A stretch of DNA of 64,000 nucleotides, taken from Cyanophora paradoxa CCMP329 (Eukaryota > Plantae > Glaucophyta). The stretch spans positions 62,001 through 126,000 of the forward strand of contig QPMI01000039.1 in NCBI GenBank assembly GCA_004431415.1, given 5' to 3'. Below are positions 37,612-51,218 of the stretch, piece after piece. The notes below the pieces were generated by a model, which was not told the DNA's origin, did no database searches, and saw only the letters and a list, made by a program, of their open reading frames with translations. Every line of letters starts with the position of its first letter. Position 1 is the first letter of the stretch. Position numbers and translations under genes: made by a program.

Positions 37612-40600
37612 ATGGCGGCTCACTTTCCGCGGGTTGCCGACTACTTCGTGGTGGTCGGCCTGAAGCGCCTCGTGCCGTTCGGCAGCGTCCATGCGGACGA
37701 GAACGGCGGTTCGCGCGGGCGGCTGTGCTTCGAACGTTCTTCGAGCGGCTGACGCAGCAGCGCGACGCTCAGATGTCGACCTCTTCAAGATCACATTCAA
37801 GAGCTCCATCGTCGACCGCTATCCGTTAGCGCCCGCGCCGGCTTCCGGCCCGCGCCCGCTTCCGCCGACGTACGCACGCAGGTTCATGGATCACGAGGAG
37901 AGCCCGCTGCCGGAAGCGGTGCCGCTCTTCTGCCAGCCGGAGGGCGTGGCGCTCACTCGAGTGCCCTCGCTTCCGATGCACTTCAGCTTCGTCCTTACGG
38001 AAGTGAGCGGCGCGCGGGTCTACGGCTCCGCGCTCACCTTCTGGGGTGCGCTCGCCGCCCTCTGCTCCTCCGCCGCGCCTGCTGAGCGCCCGCTGTGTCC
38101 GCAGAGCCAATCGAGCGGGAGGCGGTCGACGCGTTCGTCGCCGGATTCAAAGAGAAGGCCGCGGACGGCTCGCTGGGCGCCCCGGAGGCCGCGGGACGCC
38201 ACAGCGGGGCCGGCGGCAGCGGAGGCGGAGGCGGGGGCGGGGGCGGGGGGAACCTCGCGTTCCTCGCCTCGGAGCGGTCGCCGGCGCGGCGCTTCTCGGA
38301 CGACAATTTGATCTCGCTGGAAGACGAGTCCGAGGCGCTGCGGGCCTCCGCCGGCGTCATCGGCCGCGCCACGACGGCCGCCGTGGGCGCCGCCGCGCGC
38401 TCGGCGGCCGCCGCCTCGGGGCCCAGGGTCCGCTACGTCCCCGAGGAGGTTGCCGGACCCTCCAAGGAGCGCATCTACGCCCCCAAGACCCTCTGCGTCC
38501 TCTCCCACTGGCCCTTCCTCCTACCCCTCCAGTCCTGGCTCCGCCAGCTCTACCAGATTTCCCTCTCCGGCTCTCCCCTACCCCTCGAGCGATACATCTC
38601 CAACTTCATGCGCGAGGTGCCCCTACCCCCTCCCGGCCGCGTCCAGGTGCCCCGCCCCCGTACCCCTGCCTGCTCGGCGTACCCGCACCCGTCCGCCTTC
38701 AAGCCGCGGTACCCCGCAGGTGGCCGTGTACATCGGCGAGCGATCCCTCATCCTCTCCCGCCCCCCGCCCAACGAGCTGCCCCTCGCCGACGTCCGCCCG
38801 CACCCCGCTTGCCCCCCCCCCCCCACCCCTCCCGAAATAGCTCTGATCGTGTACCCCGCAGTTCTCAATGCGCCGCGTCTTCGAGTGCCTCAGTCAGGAG
38901 AACATTCTCACCGTCTTCGCGTGCCTCCTCACCGAGCGCAAGGTGCCGTACCCCCCGTCCCCTTTCCCCCTCCCCATCGTCGTCCTATGACTGTGCACCC
39001 CGCCCAGGTCCTCTTCCGAACATCCCACCGCGCCATTCTGACGGAGGTCGCCGAGGCGAGCGCGTACCCCGCCCCAGCATCGACCCCCTTTTCTAACATC
39101 CCCGCAGTCCTTCCTGGCGTTCCTGTACCCCCTCCAGTGGCGCCACGTGTACATCCCCGTACTCCCCGTGGGCCTCCTCGACTTTCTTTTCGCTCCTGGT
39201 GCGTACCCCTGCACCGCCACTGCTCCGTTCCGTGTTTCGAATGGGCTCTACCCCGTCCAGTTCCCTACCTCATGGGGGTACACTCCTCGCTCCTCGACGA
39301 CGAGCTCGTATCCGCCCAGCTCCCCCACGAGGTCGGCGTACCCCCCGGTCGTTGCCCGTACCCCTCCTCAACCCCTCCAACCCCAGGTCGTCGTGGTAGA
39401 TCTGGACAAGAACAGCGTGACGTCACGGGACGAGCTGGGGTACCTGGTCAGCCCTGCGTCCCTCCCGTCCCTTCCTTCGCGCCGCGCAGCCAAGGTCCGC
39501 CCTCCCCGTACCCGGCAAAGCCGTTGCCGTCGAACTCCGTACCCCCCCCCAGCTCTCCGAGGCCCTCCGACCGCACCACCCCCCCTTCGACGCCGCCATC
39601 CGGGACTCGATGGCGAGTATCATGTACCCTCCCTTCCTCCACCCCCACCCTCCTGATCCTCTGCCCCCCAGTTCGCCTACGTGGACCTGGCCTTCCAGGT
39701 TCGAATCCGGCCTGGTCCCTTTTTGCTTCCCGTCTGACTCCGCACCCGCAGAACGCCCCCGCCCCCGACGACGCTGTGGGCGCCCTCGGCTCGCGCCCCT
39801 TCAACCAGAAGGTCCGCGGTTCGAATCCGGCCGGGACCCTTTCCCTCGTCCGAAGCCGCGCGCAGGGCGTCCGTGCGGCCTTCCTCCGGTTCTTCGTGTC
39901 CCTCCTCAAGGCCCGCAATTCCCGTACCCCCTCGCTTTTTTTCTTGTCCTGAAGCTGCCTCCTCTTCCCGCAGAGCTACCGCCAGTTCATCCGCCCCCCG
40001 CCCCCCGCCCCTCCCCCCGCGGACGGCGAGCAGCCGCACGTACCCTCCACCGACGAGCTCTTCGACAAGGTACCCTTGAACCTTCTTGTACCCCTCCCGC
40101 TTTTTCCGAGCGCGTACCCTCGCAGGCCGCCTTCCTCGCGTCCCTCGCGGATGACTGCCGCGTGCGAACCCCCCTCCAACCTCCCGATCCCGTACCCTCC
40201 CACCGACACGCCCCCTCAGCCCTTCGTCTCCGCCTTTCTCGAGACCGAGGCCTTCGCACGGTACCCCCCGCAGCGTCCCATTACCCTCTGCGCGGATCCT
40301 TACCGCGTACCCCTGCACAGCTTCGTGCACGACAGGGGGGTACGGGACCCGGAGGCGCCCGCCTTGGACGTCCAACTCTTCGACGAGCACATCGAGGCGC
40401 GTACCCCTATGCTCACAAACCCGTACCCCACCCGCGCTGAGCCTCGCGCAGGCCAAGCTGAACGACTCGCGCTTCCGCATCTTCAAAAGGGTACCCCGCC
40501 CGGACCCCGCCCCTAGGACCGGCCCACCCGACGTTTTCTGTACCCCTCGCAGGACACGCCGCTGCTCTCGGCTGACGGCTCGTTCACTAAAATGTATGTC

Positions 40601-43357
40601 TCGATCGGACCCGACGCCTCTGCTATCGATCCCCTTTGTGCGCACCGTACCCCCGTCCCTCGTGTTTCTGCCCCTGAGGCGTGCCGTACCCCCAGCCCGG
40701 TTCGCGTACAAGGTCTTCCCCTCCCTCGACCCCAAGCTCTTCCCCCTGCCCCGCCACGGTACCCGTCTCCGCTGCAATGCCCCCCCCCCCCCCCCCGCTT
40801 CGCTCTTACTGGTACCCCCGGAAGTTGAGCCCCTGGTACGGCCGGAGGGCGGCCGCTCCTCGGTAGCCCCCGGGGACGATTCGGGGGCCTTCGGAGGGCA
40901 CCCCACGGCCCCCGCGGTGCGCCCGTACCCCCCCTTCAGGTCCGCCCCGACCCTTACCTCTCCCCCCGCAGGACGACCGGCCGCCCCCGCCTCGCGCCCT
41001 CGTCATCACGACCTTCGGTACACCCCCCCCCTCCTCACGCTCCCCCCCCTCCACCTGATTTCGGCGTGTACCCCCAGGGACGTGGTTCACGCTGACGAGC
41101 TGGCTGGCGGGCACGCGCTGGCTCTCCCCCCCCGACGCCCAGGTCCGCCCCCTGGGGCTCAAAGAGCGCTCTAGACGGGCCTCGCTCTCGAGGGTACGGG
41201 ATTAGGCGGGAAGACTCTCGAGGGTACGGGATTAGACGAGAGATGGGCCTAGGCGGGAAGGCTTGTCCGGCGAGCTTCTTCGCGTGGTGCTTGCACCTCC
41301 CTGCTGCCCGCCTCCATCCATCGGGCCGACCCCTGCTTCCATCCGCCCGCCCTCCTTTCCGCCCACTCACGGGCCCCCCCGGGCAGCTGGACCTGGCGCT
41401 GGACGTCCTCGCCCGCATGCGCCGCGGCGGCCTCCGCCCCGACGAGGTCCCGCCCCCGCCCCGCCCCGCCCCGCCCCCCGCCACGCCACGTTCCTTCCTG
41501 GGCGCCTCCGCCCCGCCTCCCGCCCCGCATCTCTGAGCGCCACGCCTCATAAAAGCTAGCATACAAACCTGCCACGCCCCGCCCCGCGCCGCCTCTCTGA
41601 GCGCCACGCCTCGCCCTGCCTCGCCTCACCCTGGGGCAGGGGGCGTACCGGGCGCTGCTGGCGGCGTGCGGGCGCTGCGGCCTCGCCGAGCACGCCCTCA
41701 AGGTCCGCCCAGCCGAGCCTCTTCGGCGAGCTCTGAGAGAGCGCGCCGCCGCTTCTGGCCCCGAGAGAGCGCGCCGCCGCTGCCCCCGCGCCTCACGCGA
41801 GCTCGCGGCTGGGGGCAGGTGGCGGCGGACATGCGGAGCGCGGGGTGCCCCCTCGACGCCGTTGCCTCCGTCCTCCTCGCCCGCGCCCTCGCCGGTAGGC
41901 CTAGCTCGGCTCAGCTCTAGCCTCCAGGCTGTAGAATCTGGCTCTAGGCTAGATCTAGCCCGGACCCTCTCTGACCCCATCTGACCGCCGCTGTCTGTCC
42001 CCAGCCGACCGGCGGGGCGGGGAGGAGCGGCGCAGCGCCCCCGGGACGCCCCTGAAGGGGGGCGGGCCCTCCCCGCGGCCCTCGCCCCGCCCCTCCCCGC
42101 GCCCCCCGCCCTCGCCCGTACCCCCCGCCTCGGCCTCGGCCTCGGGCCCGCTGGACCCGGCGGCCATCCCCGTGCTCGTGCGCCGGGCCGCGCACGGCCC
42201 TGCCCCCCACCGCCGCTCCGGCTCCGACGGCGGCGGCGCCTCCGCCTCCTCCTCCGCCTCCTCCCCCTCCGATCCGGCGCGCCCCTTCCCGCCCACCCCC
42301 CCACTCCTCCCGCCTCCTTCTTAACTGGCTCGCAGGGGGCGGGCCCGGCGGGGGTGCGAGTGGAGGTGGATGCGGGGGCGCGCTGCGCCCACTGCGAGGC
42401 CCGCGTACCCGAGGCCGACGTGCGCGTACCCCCCCTCCCCCCCCAAGGCTTAAGACAGGGAGCCTTCATAATATCGGCTTCATAGAAAGGACCCGCGCAA
42501 CCTGCCCAGATGAGACGTAAGATGGATCGAATCGGCCGGGGGGTACGCGTGCAGGTGCGGGCGGGGTGGACGGCGCAGCTCTCCGACTACACGACCCGCT
42601 GCCCCAAGTGCCGCGGCCGCTTCGTTCCCCGCTTCTCGGTCGTCATCCACCCGCCCCCGCCCTCGCTCCCCTCCTCCGGGCAGCCCCTACCCCCCCTCGA
42701 CGCGTACTTCGTTCCCGCGGCGGCGGCCGCCGCCGCCGCGCGCGCCGCCGCCATGGTTCCCTTCCGCCCCGCCCACTCGCCCCCGCCGGACCCGACGCGG
42801 CCCTCCCCCCCCACCGTCTGCGAGTTCCTCTCGCCCTTCGTCCTCCGCAAGGAGGTACCCCCGCCCCTCTTCCCCCCCCCCGGCTCCTTTCCCTTACCCC
42901 CCACGCAGGTGGAGCGCCTGATCGCGGAGGACGACGCGCCGCCGCCCGCGGCGCCCTCCGGCGACGACTCGGTGAGCGCGCCGGCCCTCCCTGGCTTGCC
43001 GGGCGCGGATCCAAAGCGGGTAGAGGCGGTCCCTAGCTTTACCCCTCCGAAGACACTCTCCGTCTCTCGCCTCTCCCCGCCCCTCTCCCCGCCGCGCCCC
43101 GCCCCGCCGCTGAGCCGCGCGCCGGGGCAGAAGGGGGCGAGCCTGCTGGAGGGGGCGGTGCCGCGGGACTCGGCCGCCAGCCCCCTCCGCCTCGTCCACG
43201 AGTGCGTCCCCCGACCCCGCTCCCGCCCCCCCCCCCCTCCCTTGTCGTCACGTACCCCTCCGTCGCCTTCAGGCGGGGGGCGATCTACTGGAACGTGGTG
43301 TGGGCCTTCGCGGACATCGGCCTCCCCTCCGAGTTCCTCCTCCGCCTGCCCCCGTAG
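37612..43357 (+). CDS. DENND4: DENND4-family Rab GEF (uDENN-cDENN-dDENN, PPR-like repeat, conserved C-terminus)
   Basis: VADYFVVVG, PLPEAVPLFCQPEG, FSFVLTEVSGARVYG, PKTLCVLSHWPF, LLTERKVLF, FLYPLQWRHVYIPVLP, PVPYLMGVH, MRRGGLRPDE..YRALLAACG, GWTAQLSDYTTRCPKC, FLSPFVLRKEVERL, IYWNVVWAF. Confidence 0.92.
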
Positions 43358-43877
43358 CCGGCCCGTAGCCGGCGCGCCGGCGCCAGCGGCGGCCGCGGCG
43401 CCCTCGCCATGGCTACGTACGCGTGCACGCGCACGTTGTGGCCCCGGCACCGGGCCCGGGGGCCGGCGCCGGCGCCGGCCCTCTGATCTTTACGAAACAG
43501 TAGCAGCAGCAACGCCAGCGCCATGGCCAGCGCCAGAGGGGCGCGGCTCGCCCCTGTGCATGAGCCGCCCGCGCGCGGCCGCCGCATGCGCAGCGCCAGC
43601 GCTAGCTATTGCGCGCGAACGGATCGATCGCGAATTCGAAGAACGCCACGAGGGGCGCGGCTCGCCGTGCATGCATGCATATGTGGCCTAGGCCGGCCCC
43701 CCCCCCCCCCCCCCACCCGGTGGCGGGTACAGGTCTGTACAAGGCTTCGTAGGCCGTAGGCCGCGAACTTCCCCCAGGCTTGGACGTTGGCCTGTACATG
43801 TAGCTAACCATGGCCAGCGTGCACATTCAGGCTCGAGGCACATGTACAGCTAACCCTACCACCTTCTGGTGACGGAC

Positions 43878-45351
43878 ATGTGCATGTACAGCTGCAGCGT
43901 AGCAGCGACTGGCCGGGTGCGCTTGCACGCGGGGGCGATAGCTGGACGGCGATTTAGAAGGCGTGCAGCCGGATTCATCGGTGGCACGGATGCGCCGGCG
44001 GCGCCGGCGCTCTTCGCGCTGTGCGTGACGTCAGCGGTGCTGCTGCTGGGGTCACTTCGGAGCGCTGCCGCGCAGACATTCACGAACGCTGCCGGCTTCA
44101 CATCTGAAGGCGCGCTGTCCGCTCCGGGTCGTACGCGCGTTCCACACGTAAACCCGCTGATGTGGCGCCGGCGCCTCGCCGCGCGTACGCTTGCGCAGGC
44201 AGCCTCCGCTACGAGTTCTCCATGAGCAGCGACCCGACTACGAATCAAACGTATCCCCGCGGCTCGGCCCTCTGCCAGGCGACCGGCCAGCTCTACGTCA
44301 TTGTGGGCGGCTGGGGCGAGGCGATCCGCAGAGCGAATCTCTCCGCGGGGGCGCCCCGCCCCGATACGCTCAGTGCGGCTCCTTTGACATCGCTCGCCCC
44401 GTGCGCCTCCGACAAGCTCTCGTGCAGCCGAGGCTCCGTACCTCGTTGGCTTTTCGGACGGGACGAGCGCGGCGGCTGGCTTCACTGACGGCTACGGCAC
44501 CAACGCGCGCATGAGCGCCATCGACGGAGTCGTAGGCTGCGTGCGCCGCCGCCGGCCCCCGGCCCCGGGCCCCGCCTGCCCGCCCGCCCGCCGGCGCCGC
44601 CTAGGCCTCCGCGCGCCCCGCCCGCCCCGCCGACGCGCCGGCCTGCGCACGCAGCAACTTTCCTTCGACTCTCTATGCAAGTACCTCTACTTTGGTGGGA
44701 CCCATCGCCGCCCTCCGTCCCTCTCGGCTCGCGCCCGCCAGGCCTGACCGCCGCGCGCCGCGCAGCGCAAGGCAACAGCATCCGCCGCGTGCGCATGGCG
44801 GACAGCTATCTCGAGACGATAGCCAACATTGCCGATCTCGGGGGGTCCGGCGCCCTGGTGCGTCAGCCCCATCCCCGCCCGCCCGCCCCCGCCCTCCCGC
44901 CCCCGCCCCCGCCCCCGCCGGCTCACGGACGGCTCGCTCGCGGGCCGCCGCCCTTCTAGACGGTGAGCCTCGACGGCCTGCGGGTGTACAAGTTCAACGC
45001 GTTGGCCCTCGTCAGCTACACCATCGCGAGTGCGTCCTCCCCCCGGGCGGCGCCGGCGGGACCCGAAGCCAACGCCGGCCGCGCCGTGCCGCAGCCGGAG
45101 CCGTCGCACCCGTCGCCGGAGGCCCGGCAAGGGGCTACGCCGACGGCATCGGTGCGCCCCGGGCGCCGCCCCTTGGCCCTCGCGATCGGCCCCAGAACGG
45201 GGGCGGGGCCGGGGGTACAGGGACGGCGGCGGCGTTCGGGGAGGTGGCGAGGCTGCTGGAGGTCGAGCCGGGGGTACTCCTCGTCGGGGATATCGACGGC
45301 GGCTCCCTGCGCCGCGTCGACGTCGCCACCGGCGCGGTGCGTCGACGTCGT

Positions 45352-45387
<36 letters not shown>

Positions 45388-46411
45388 CTCCGATCCCGGC
45401 CCGGCCCCCACGCGCTAGCGCTCATCCGGCTCGCAGGTGAGGACCCTCGCGGGGTCGCCCCCGAGCGCCGGCATCGCGCGGACCGTCGTCGCCGGTGCGC
45501 CTTCCGCTCCGCTCCGCTCTCCCGGAACAGCTCTCCCGGCCTTCCAGGCCTGACGCCGCGCGCCGCGGCCTGGGGCGGGGCCGGGCGCAGGCGTCGGGAC
45601 CAGCGCCCGCATGCACTCCCCCACAGGAATGTACTTCCACGCCCCCAGCAAGACCCTCTACTACTCCGAGGTGGGCGAGCGCTCCTCCTAATATGTACCC
45701 CTGGCTTCTCCGTATACGTACCCGTCGCGACGCCCGCCGCCCCTCGCAGCTCATCGTGAACGTCGTCCGCAAATTCAACCTCCGAACGCGTGCGCGGGCC
45801 CTCGCTCAGCACCCGGCCCCGCCCCGCCCGCTATACGTTAACGCTGTACCCCCAGTCGAGGTCTCCGGGCCGATCGCAAGCCTCCCCGTCCTCCAGCCGA
45901 ACGAGGCGTGGGTCATGTCCGTCGCCTGCCAGCCCGAGCAGTGCGCCCCCGGCCCAAAGAACCTTTCTACTAGCTTTCTAATAGCTTTCTACTGGCACAA
46001 CGTAACATTAACATAACATTAGCACAACAACTACGAGCACAACTTTCTATAGTTTCAGGCCCAAAGAAACCCGACCCTAAAAACCTTTCTCCGAGCTTTC
46101 TTTCTTCTAGAGCCACGTACGCATTGATCTGAGTGCCTTTCTGTGCGATCGCAGGCAAGCCTGCTACCTCAACATGTGGTACCCCTTCCACCGCGTCTTC
46201 GTCCTCGACGTCCCCTTCCCCCCGGTGCCTTTCTATAATAAGCGCTGATCTACGCTTTGCCGGTTCGACGTGGCCCCGCGGTCGCATGCGCACGCAGGCG
46301 GCGCGGGCGGCGAGGCCGGCGGCGTGCGGGGCGGCGGAGGGGGGTGCCTGCGTCGCGGTGGGCCCCGGCGCCTCGGTCGCCATCGACGGCGCCTCCTTCG
46401 TCGTCACCTGA
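43878..46411 (+). CDS. Predicted secreted or surface NHL-repeat beta-propeller protein
   Basis: Hydrophobic signal-like stretch ALFALCVTSAVLLLGSLRSAAA-Q. NHL-type motifs AGFTDGYGTNARM, GNSIRRV, VAGGPARGYADGIG|TAAAF, LLVGD..SLRRVDVATG.VRTLAG, SARMHSPTGM. Start codon uncertain. Confidence 0.7.
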
Positions 46412-47333
46412 ACCTGAACCTCGAGCGCGGCCAATCGGCTCAGCGGCTTGGCCCTTCGCCCGCGTTCCGAAGTTCGCCGAGCGGCCATCGGACCGCCCCA
46501 CTCCCTTCTAGATCTCTTCTAGAGCGCGGCCGCGGCCGATCGGCTCGGCCAGTCGTCCGGGCCGGGGGCCGCTGTCGCCGGGCGGATCGCGACGCCCGGC
46601 CCGCTATAGGCCGAGCCAGTCGTCCGCTGTCGCCAGGCGGATCCGATCGCGGCAACATTTGGCCCGCCCGCTCTATATATATATGCCTTTCGCGGCCGCT
46701 CATGATCACTGCCCCCTCCGATCGCTAGGCCCCTCCGTTTGTCGTCCCCCTGCTTCTTCTTCCTCTTCTTCCCTCCCCTCCTCTTGTTTTTTACACTTTG
46801 CCTCCTCGCGTGCTTTATCTTCTTTCGGCGATCGACTATTCGGGTTTTTTATTGCTTCCGCTTTCGTCCTCGGGCCTACTCACCAGCTAGCTTCTGTATT
46901 CAATTTATTATCAAATTCAAAAAGCCTTGAAGCACAAAGGTCTAGATCTAGAGCCGGCACACTAATCAATCTCCACGCTCCGCCCTTATTCCCGAGATCT
47001 ATATCTGGTGCACAAGTTCGATCGAATTTGTGCTCGAACATCTTTTCTCTTCGACCGAATTCGTCACGGCGTGCTGTACATGTACTCCAGGAGTCGGTCC
47101 GACGGCCCTCTTTGCAAGCATACCGCCGCCGCCATGCTGATCGTACACTCGAACGCGGGTCAGCGATGGCCCGTGCACGTGATCATGATCAATATTAATC
47201 GCGCGCGATCCTGTGCAGAATTCGAGCCTGCATTCGATATCGATTGCACAGCGCATCATGATCAAGTGCATCATGATCAGGTGCGCCTCAGGCCTTGCCC
47301 AAGCTGGTTAATCATCAACTATATCCGCTGCGC

Positions 47334-49287
47334 ATGCAGCCTTCTGCATCAAGCTCGCCTCTCGCGGACAACTTCGATATCGACGCGCTGCTCGCACCCG
47401 TCTGCGAGGTCGGCCGTTTCGAAAGCTTGCTTAAGCTTGCACTGCGGCAGGCAGCTGCATTTAAGTTGAGGCAATCGCAAGTGCGTGCGGGCCGCCGCGC
47501 GGGACGCGATGGCTTCGGAGCTCGTCGCCGCCGCCGAGGAGAGGGCCAGGGCGGTGCGCATGCGCCGGCGATTTTAGTTCGGAAGTACTCGCGACATCGA
47601 TGCCGATCGCAAATGCACCTTGCACTCGCGACATCGATCGCTCGCGAATTAAATTAAATTAACCTTTGTTCCGACGTCGCAAATTCCAAATTGATCACGA
47701 ACAGGAGCGCCTGGAGGCCGCGGAGCGCGAAGCGACGGCGCAAAGGAAGCTCGTCTCCACCATGGAAAAGGCCGAGGCGGTGAACCTCGGAATCGAAAGA
47801 TTAGATTTCCGTTTCGGCGCTGCGTTCATCGAGTCGCGATATCGATCGGCTGTGCGCGTGCAGGCCGATCGCGAAAAATCGGACGAGCTCGAGAAAGCCG
47901 CCGATGCGGTGCGCGTCACCCGAAAAATGCCCTGATACATGCCTTTAGAGAGTTGAATTTCATTTGCACCTTTTGCAGGTCGCCGCTGCCTTGGAGCGCG
48001 CAGCCTCCGCTGAGCGCCGGGCCGCCCTCGCTGACGCCGACCGGCACGACCTCTCCGTGCGTGCACGTGCACGAAAATTAAATCCAGAGAGCGCGTAATT
48101 ACTAAAACTTCGCTGAAAAATGAGGATTCGGTTGATTTAAGCGCAATGCAGGAGCGTTTGTCTGTGGCGGAGGCGGAGGCTGAGAGGCAGAAGCGCCGGG
48201 CCGAGGCAGCTGAAGCAGCGGTTCTTGTCTTCTTTTATATACAATTAAATAGCTGCTCGTCGCGCGAATACTGCAGCTGCAGCTGTAATATTTTGAGCGC
48301 AGGCCGCCTTATTCGGGATTCAAGGCGGTTGTATTATTCTAAGCCCCGGGTCCAAGATCATGGATGCCGTTCGGTCCGCCAAGCCTGGGCAAACTGTCGT
48401 CCTCGCCCCCGGCCGGTGCGTTTCTGCGAAGCCCGGCGGTCCTCGCGATCGCAGGGCTGTCGCGATACGGTCACCATATGCATCGCGTGGGCCCTCCAGA
48501 GCCTTGGAGTTGGCCATGGGTGGCTCGCTCAAGTCATATGACCGTACTGGTGACCACGTGCACCACCAACTCCGCCCCGACAGGTACAAGGAGCAGCTGG
48601 TGCTGGACACGGACGTCCGCGTCGTCGGGCCGCGGGAGGCCGTCCTCGAGTGGGACGGCGGCCCCGCCACGCTGGTCTGCAAGGGCCTTGCGGCGCCGAC
48701 CGTCAAGGGCATCACGATCCGCAACACGGGGCCGAAGAATGCTGCAGTGTTGATCAACGGCGGGAGCCGGGCCGTCGTGGAGGGATGCGACGTGTCCAAC
48801 GCGCGCGAAGGCATCAGCGGTGTCGATGTCTGCGACGCGGGGACAGCCCCGATCCTGCGCGGTGCGCGCCCCTAGGCCTTTTCGCCCTTGGCCGTGCGAT
48901 ATTGTTTCGTTTTTCCTGGCCACTGATTTCGATTCGCATTTCCATTGCACAGGGAACATAGTACACGACTGCGGCGTCATGGGCCTCTGCTTCTACGCCT
49001 CGGCGAAGGGCACTGCGGAGGGCAACGACATCTACAGGAACGCGGGCCCCGGCGTCGGGATCATGGACGACGCGAACGTCTCCGTGAGGGGCAACCGGTG
49101 CGCTCCTTTAGTTTCCCAATTTTTATTTTAATCTCTCTCTGAGGCCCACATATGTATGTTTCTGAGGCCTGGTCCCTCCAGGATCCATGACCAGGAGTCG
49201 GGGATCCAGCTGTACCGGGGCGGCAAGGCCGCCATGGAGGGGAACGTGCTGGAGAGGCTCGGGCCCGGCCGCAGGCCCGAACGTTGA
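47334..49287 (+). CDS. Coiled-coil plus right-handed parallel beta-helix (PbH1, FBXO11-like repeats) protein
   Basis: IMDAVRSAKPGQTVVLAPGRYKEQLVL, VKGITIRN, AVVEGCDVSN, PILRGNIVHDC, AEGNDIYRN, VRGNRIHD. Upstream E/A/R-rich exons at 47510-48220. The 5' exons are uncertain. Confidence 0.75.
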
Positions 49288-50124
49288 ACAACGGCGCCGT
49301 TGACGTCGACGTCGACGTCGCTTCTGACTTCAAATGATCATGATCATGAGCAGCTCTCTGTGTATTTTCCCAGCTCATCAAGATCGATATCAATGCATCA
49401 ATTGCAAAATACTTGACGTATTCTGCATGCATCCAGTCAATTAAATTACAATTGGGGGTCAAGCACAAACTGAGAGGAATTCCCCGTTTGAATCGTTCGA
49501 ATTCGAATCGTTTGAATTTGAATCGTTTGAATTCGAACGAGGCGGCTGTGCGTTTCATTTTATTTACAGTCTGGTCATTTGATTTACAGTCCGACGGTCT
49601 GGCATCAGGGCATGCGCATATCTCATTCCACGGTTGTTCGCATTCAAAAATGATTTTTCTCCGAGACTCTTCAGGCTTGCTCAATTCAATGATTCCCAGG
49701 CTGCCGCGCGCGGCAGCACGTGTATATATATCTGCAGCACACTGTGACAAGTACAGATCTAGAGACACTGATCATGACTTAGATCAACTTGCAAGTCGAA
49801 GCGAAGCGATCACGATCATCGGATCGCGGGAGAGCGGCGAGACGTTCTAGCGATTGCGCATGCTGCAGCTGTGCGCTCAAAATCGCTATTATGTAACGAA
49901 TTCAATTCGAAGTCGACATCGACTTGCCCACATATTGCGTTAACATTAACGTTGCATTAATATTGCATCCGAGTCACAATTGCGAGCTGCAGACGATCAT
50001 ATGTACACATGCACACTCGAGCTGAATCGAAGGGATGCATATCATTGTATGGCGCCGGCCCCGGCCCGCTTGAGCCCAAGCTAAGCTCGAGCTCGAGGGG
50101 CTAATTATTTATTTATAGTTATAA

Positions 50125-51157
50125 TTAGGCCGTGCCGGTCGCGGGCTGCGCGGCGCTCCCGAAGTTTCCCAGGACCTCCACAGACGGAGCCGGCCCCGCT
50201 GCGACGCCGGCGGCGGCGGCCGCCGCCACCGATGAGCTCTAGATCTGGAATGAGGGGACCCGAGGCAAACGAATCGGGCGCACTGTTCCAGATGAGGTTG
50301 GCACGGATCTCGCCGTCGGGAATTTTGGGGAAGGCCTCCGTGTGCAGATTGTAGTAGTACTGGTTCGCAGTGATGTTCTTGAACTGCTCCGCCGTGATGT
50401 CGATCCGGACCTGCATGAAAATTATCATAATCATGATCAGGAGCGCATGCGCATGTAATATTAAATTAAAGGCGATTCGATCGGCCTCTCCCACGCACAG
50501 CCGTGAGCTCTTTCTCCGCAGGCAGGGGGATCTGGATGTCGGCGTTCTGAGCATTTCGCACATCATGATTAGTCGACGTCGCGATGCCATGATGGCGATC
50601 GCGCAGCATCGGAATTCGAAGGCGCGGCATCGGATATTAATTTATATAATTATGATTCCAGTGGGGCAGGGGGCTTCTTCTTCGAAATTCGCACGTTAAA
50701 GACTTGGTGCGGCCCGTGGAGGTGCGAAAAAACGGGATTCGTCGCCGGCCTGCGCATGGGCGCGATTTTGCGGTCAACGCTAGCGCTGGCACGTTAACGT
50801 TGCGCATGCGCGTTCAGCTGCGCATGCAGCGCCAGGGCTTACGCCTTCGCGAGGCGCGTCCAGATGAGGCCCACGAAGGCGTCGCCCGAAGAGTTCACGA
50901 GGAGGAGCGCCCGTCCCCACGCCGGCGTGACCACGAACCTGCGCGGTCGCGCGTGCGGCCCGATCCGATCGAATTCGCGCCCTGATCGCGAGTTTGAAAC
51001 GGATGCCGACGCGGGCGCACGGGACTGCCTGGAAGCCATCGGAGACGCCGATGGCGTAGCCTTGGTACGTCCCCCCCGCGGCCGCGGCGCCGGCGGCGGC
51101 GGCCGCGAGGCCAGCGCACACCAAGGCGGCGAGCAGAAGGGCGATGCGGGGAGCCAT
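50125..51157 (-). CDS. Secreted single CHRD-domain protein
   Basis: Signal peptide MAPRIALLLAALVCAGLAAAA, then QAVP.VVTPAWG, SHLHGP and YYNLHTEAFP..DGEIRANL, which match the CHRD motifs. Confidence 0.8.
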
Positions 51158-51218
51158 ATTTTGCGATTTTCGCGCGAATTCGATGGACTTCTGCCCCGCG
51201 CGCGGAGAAATCGAAATT

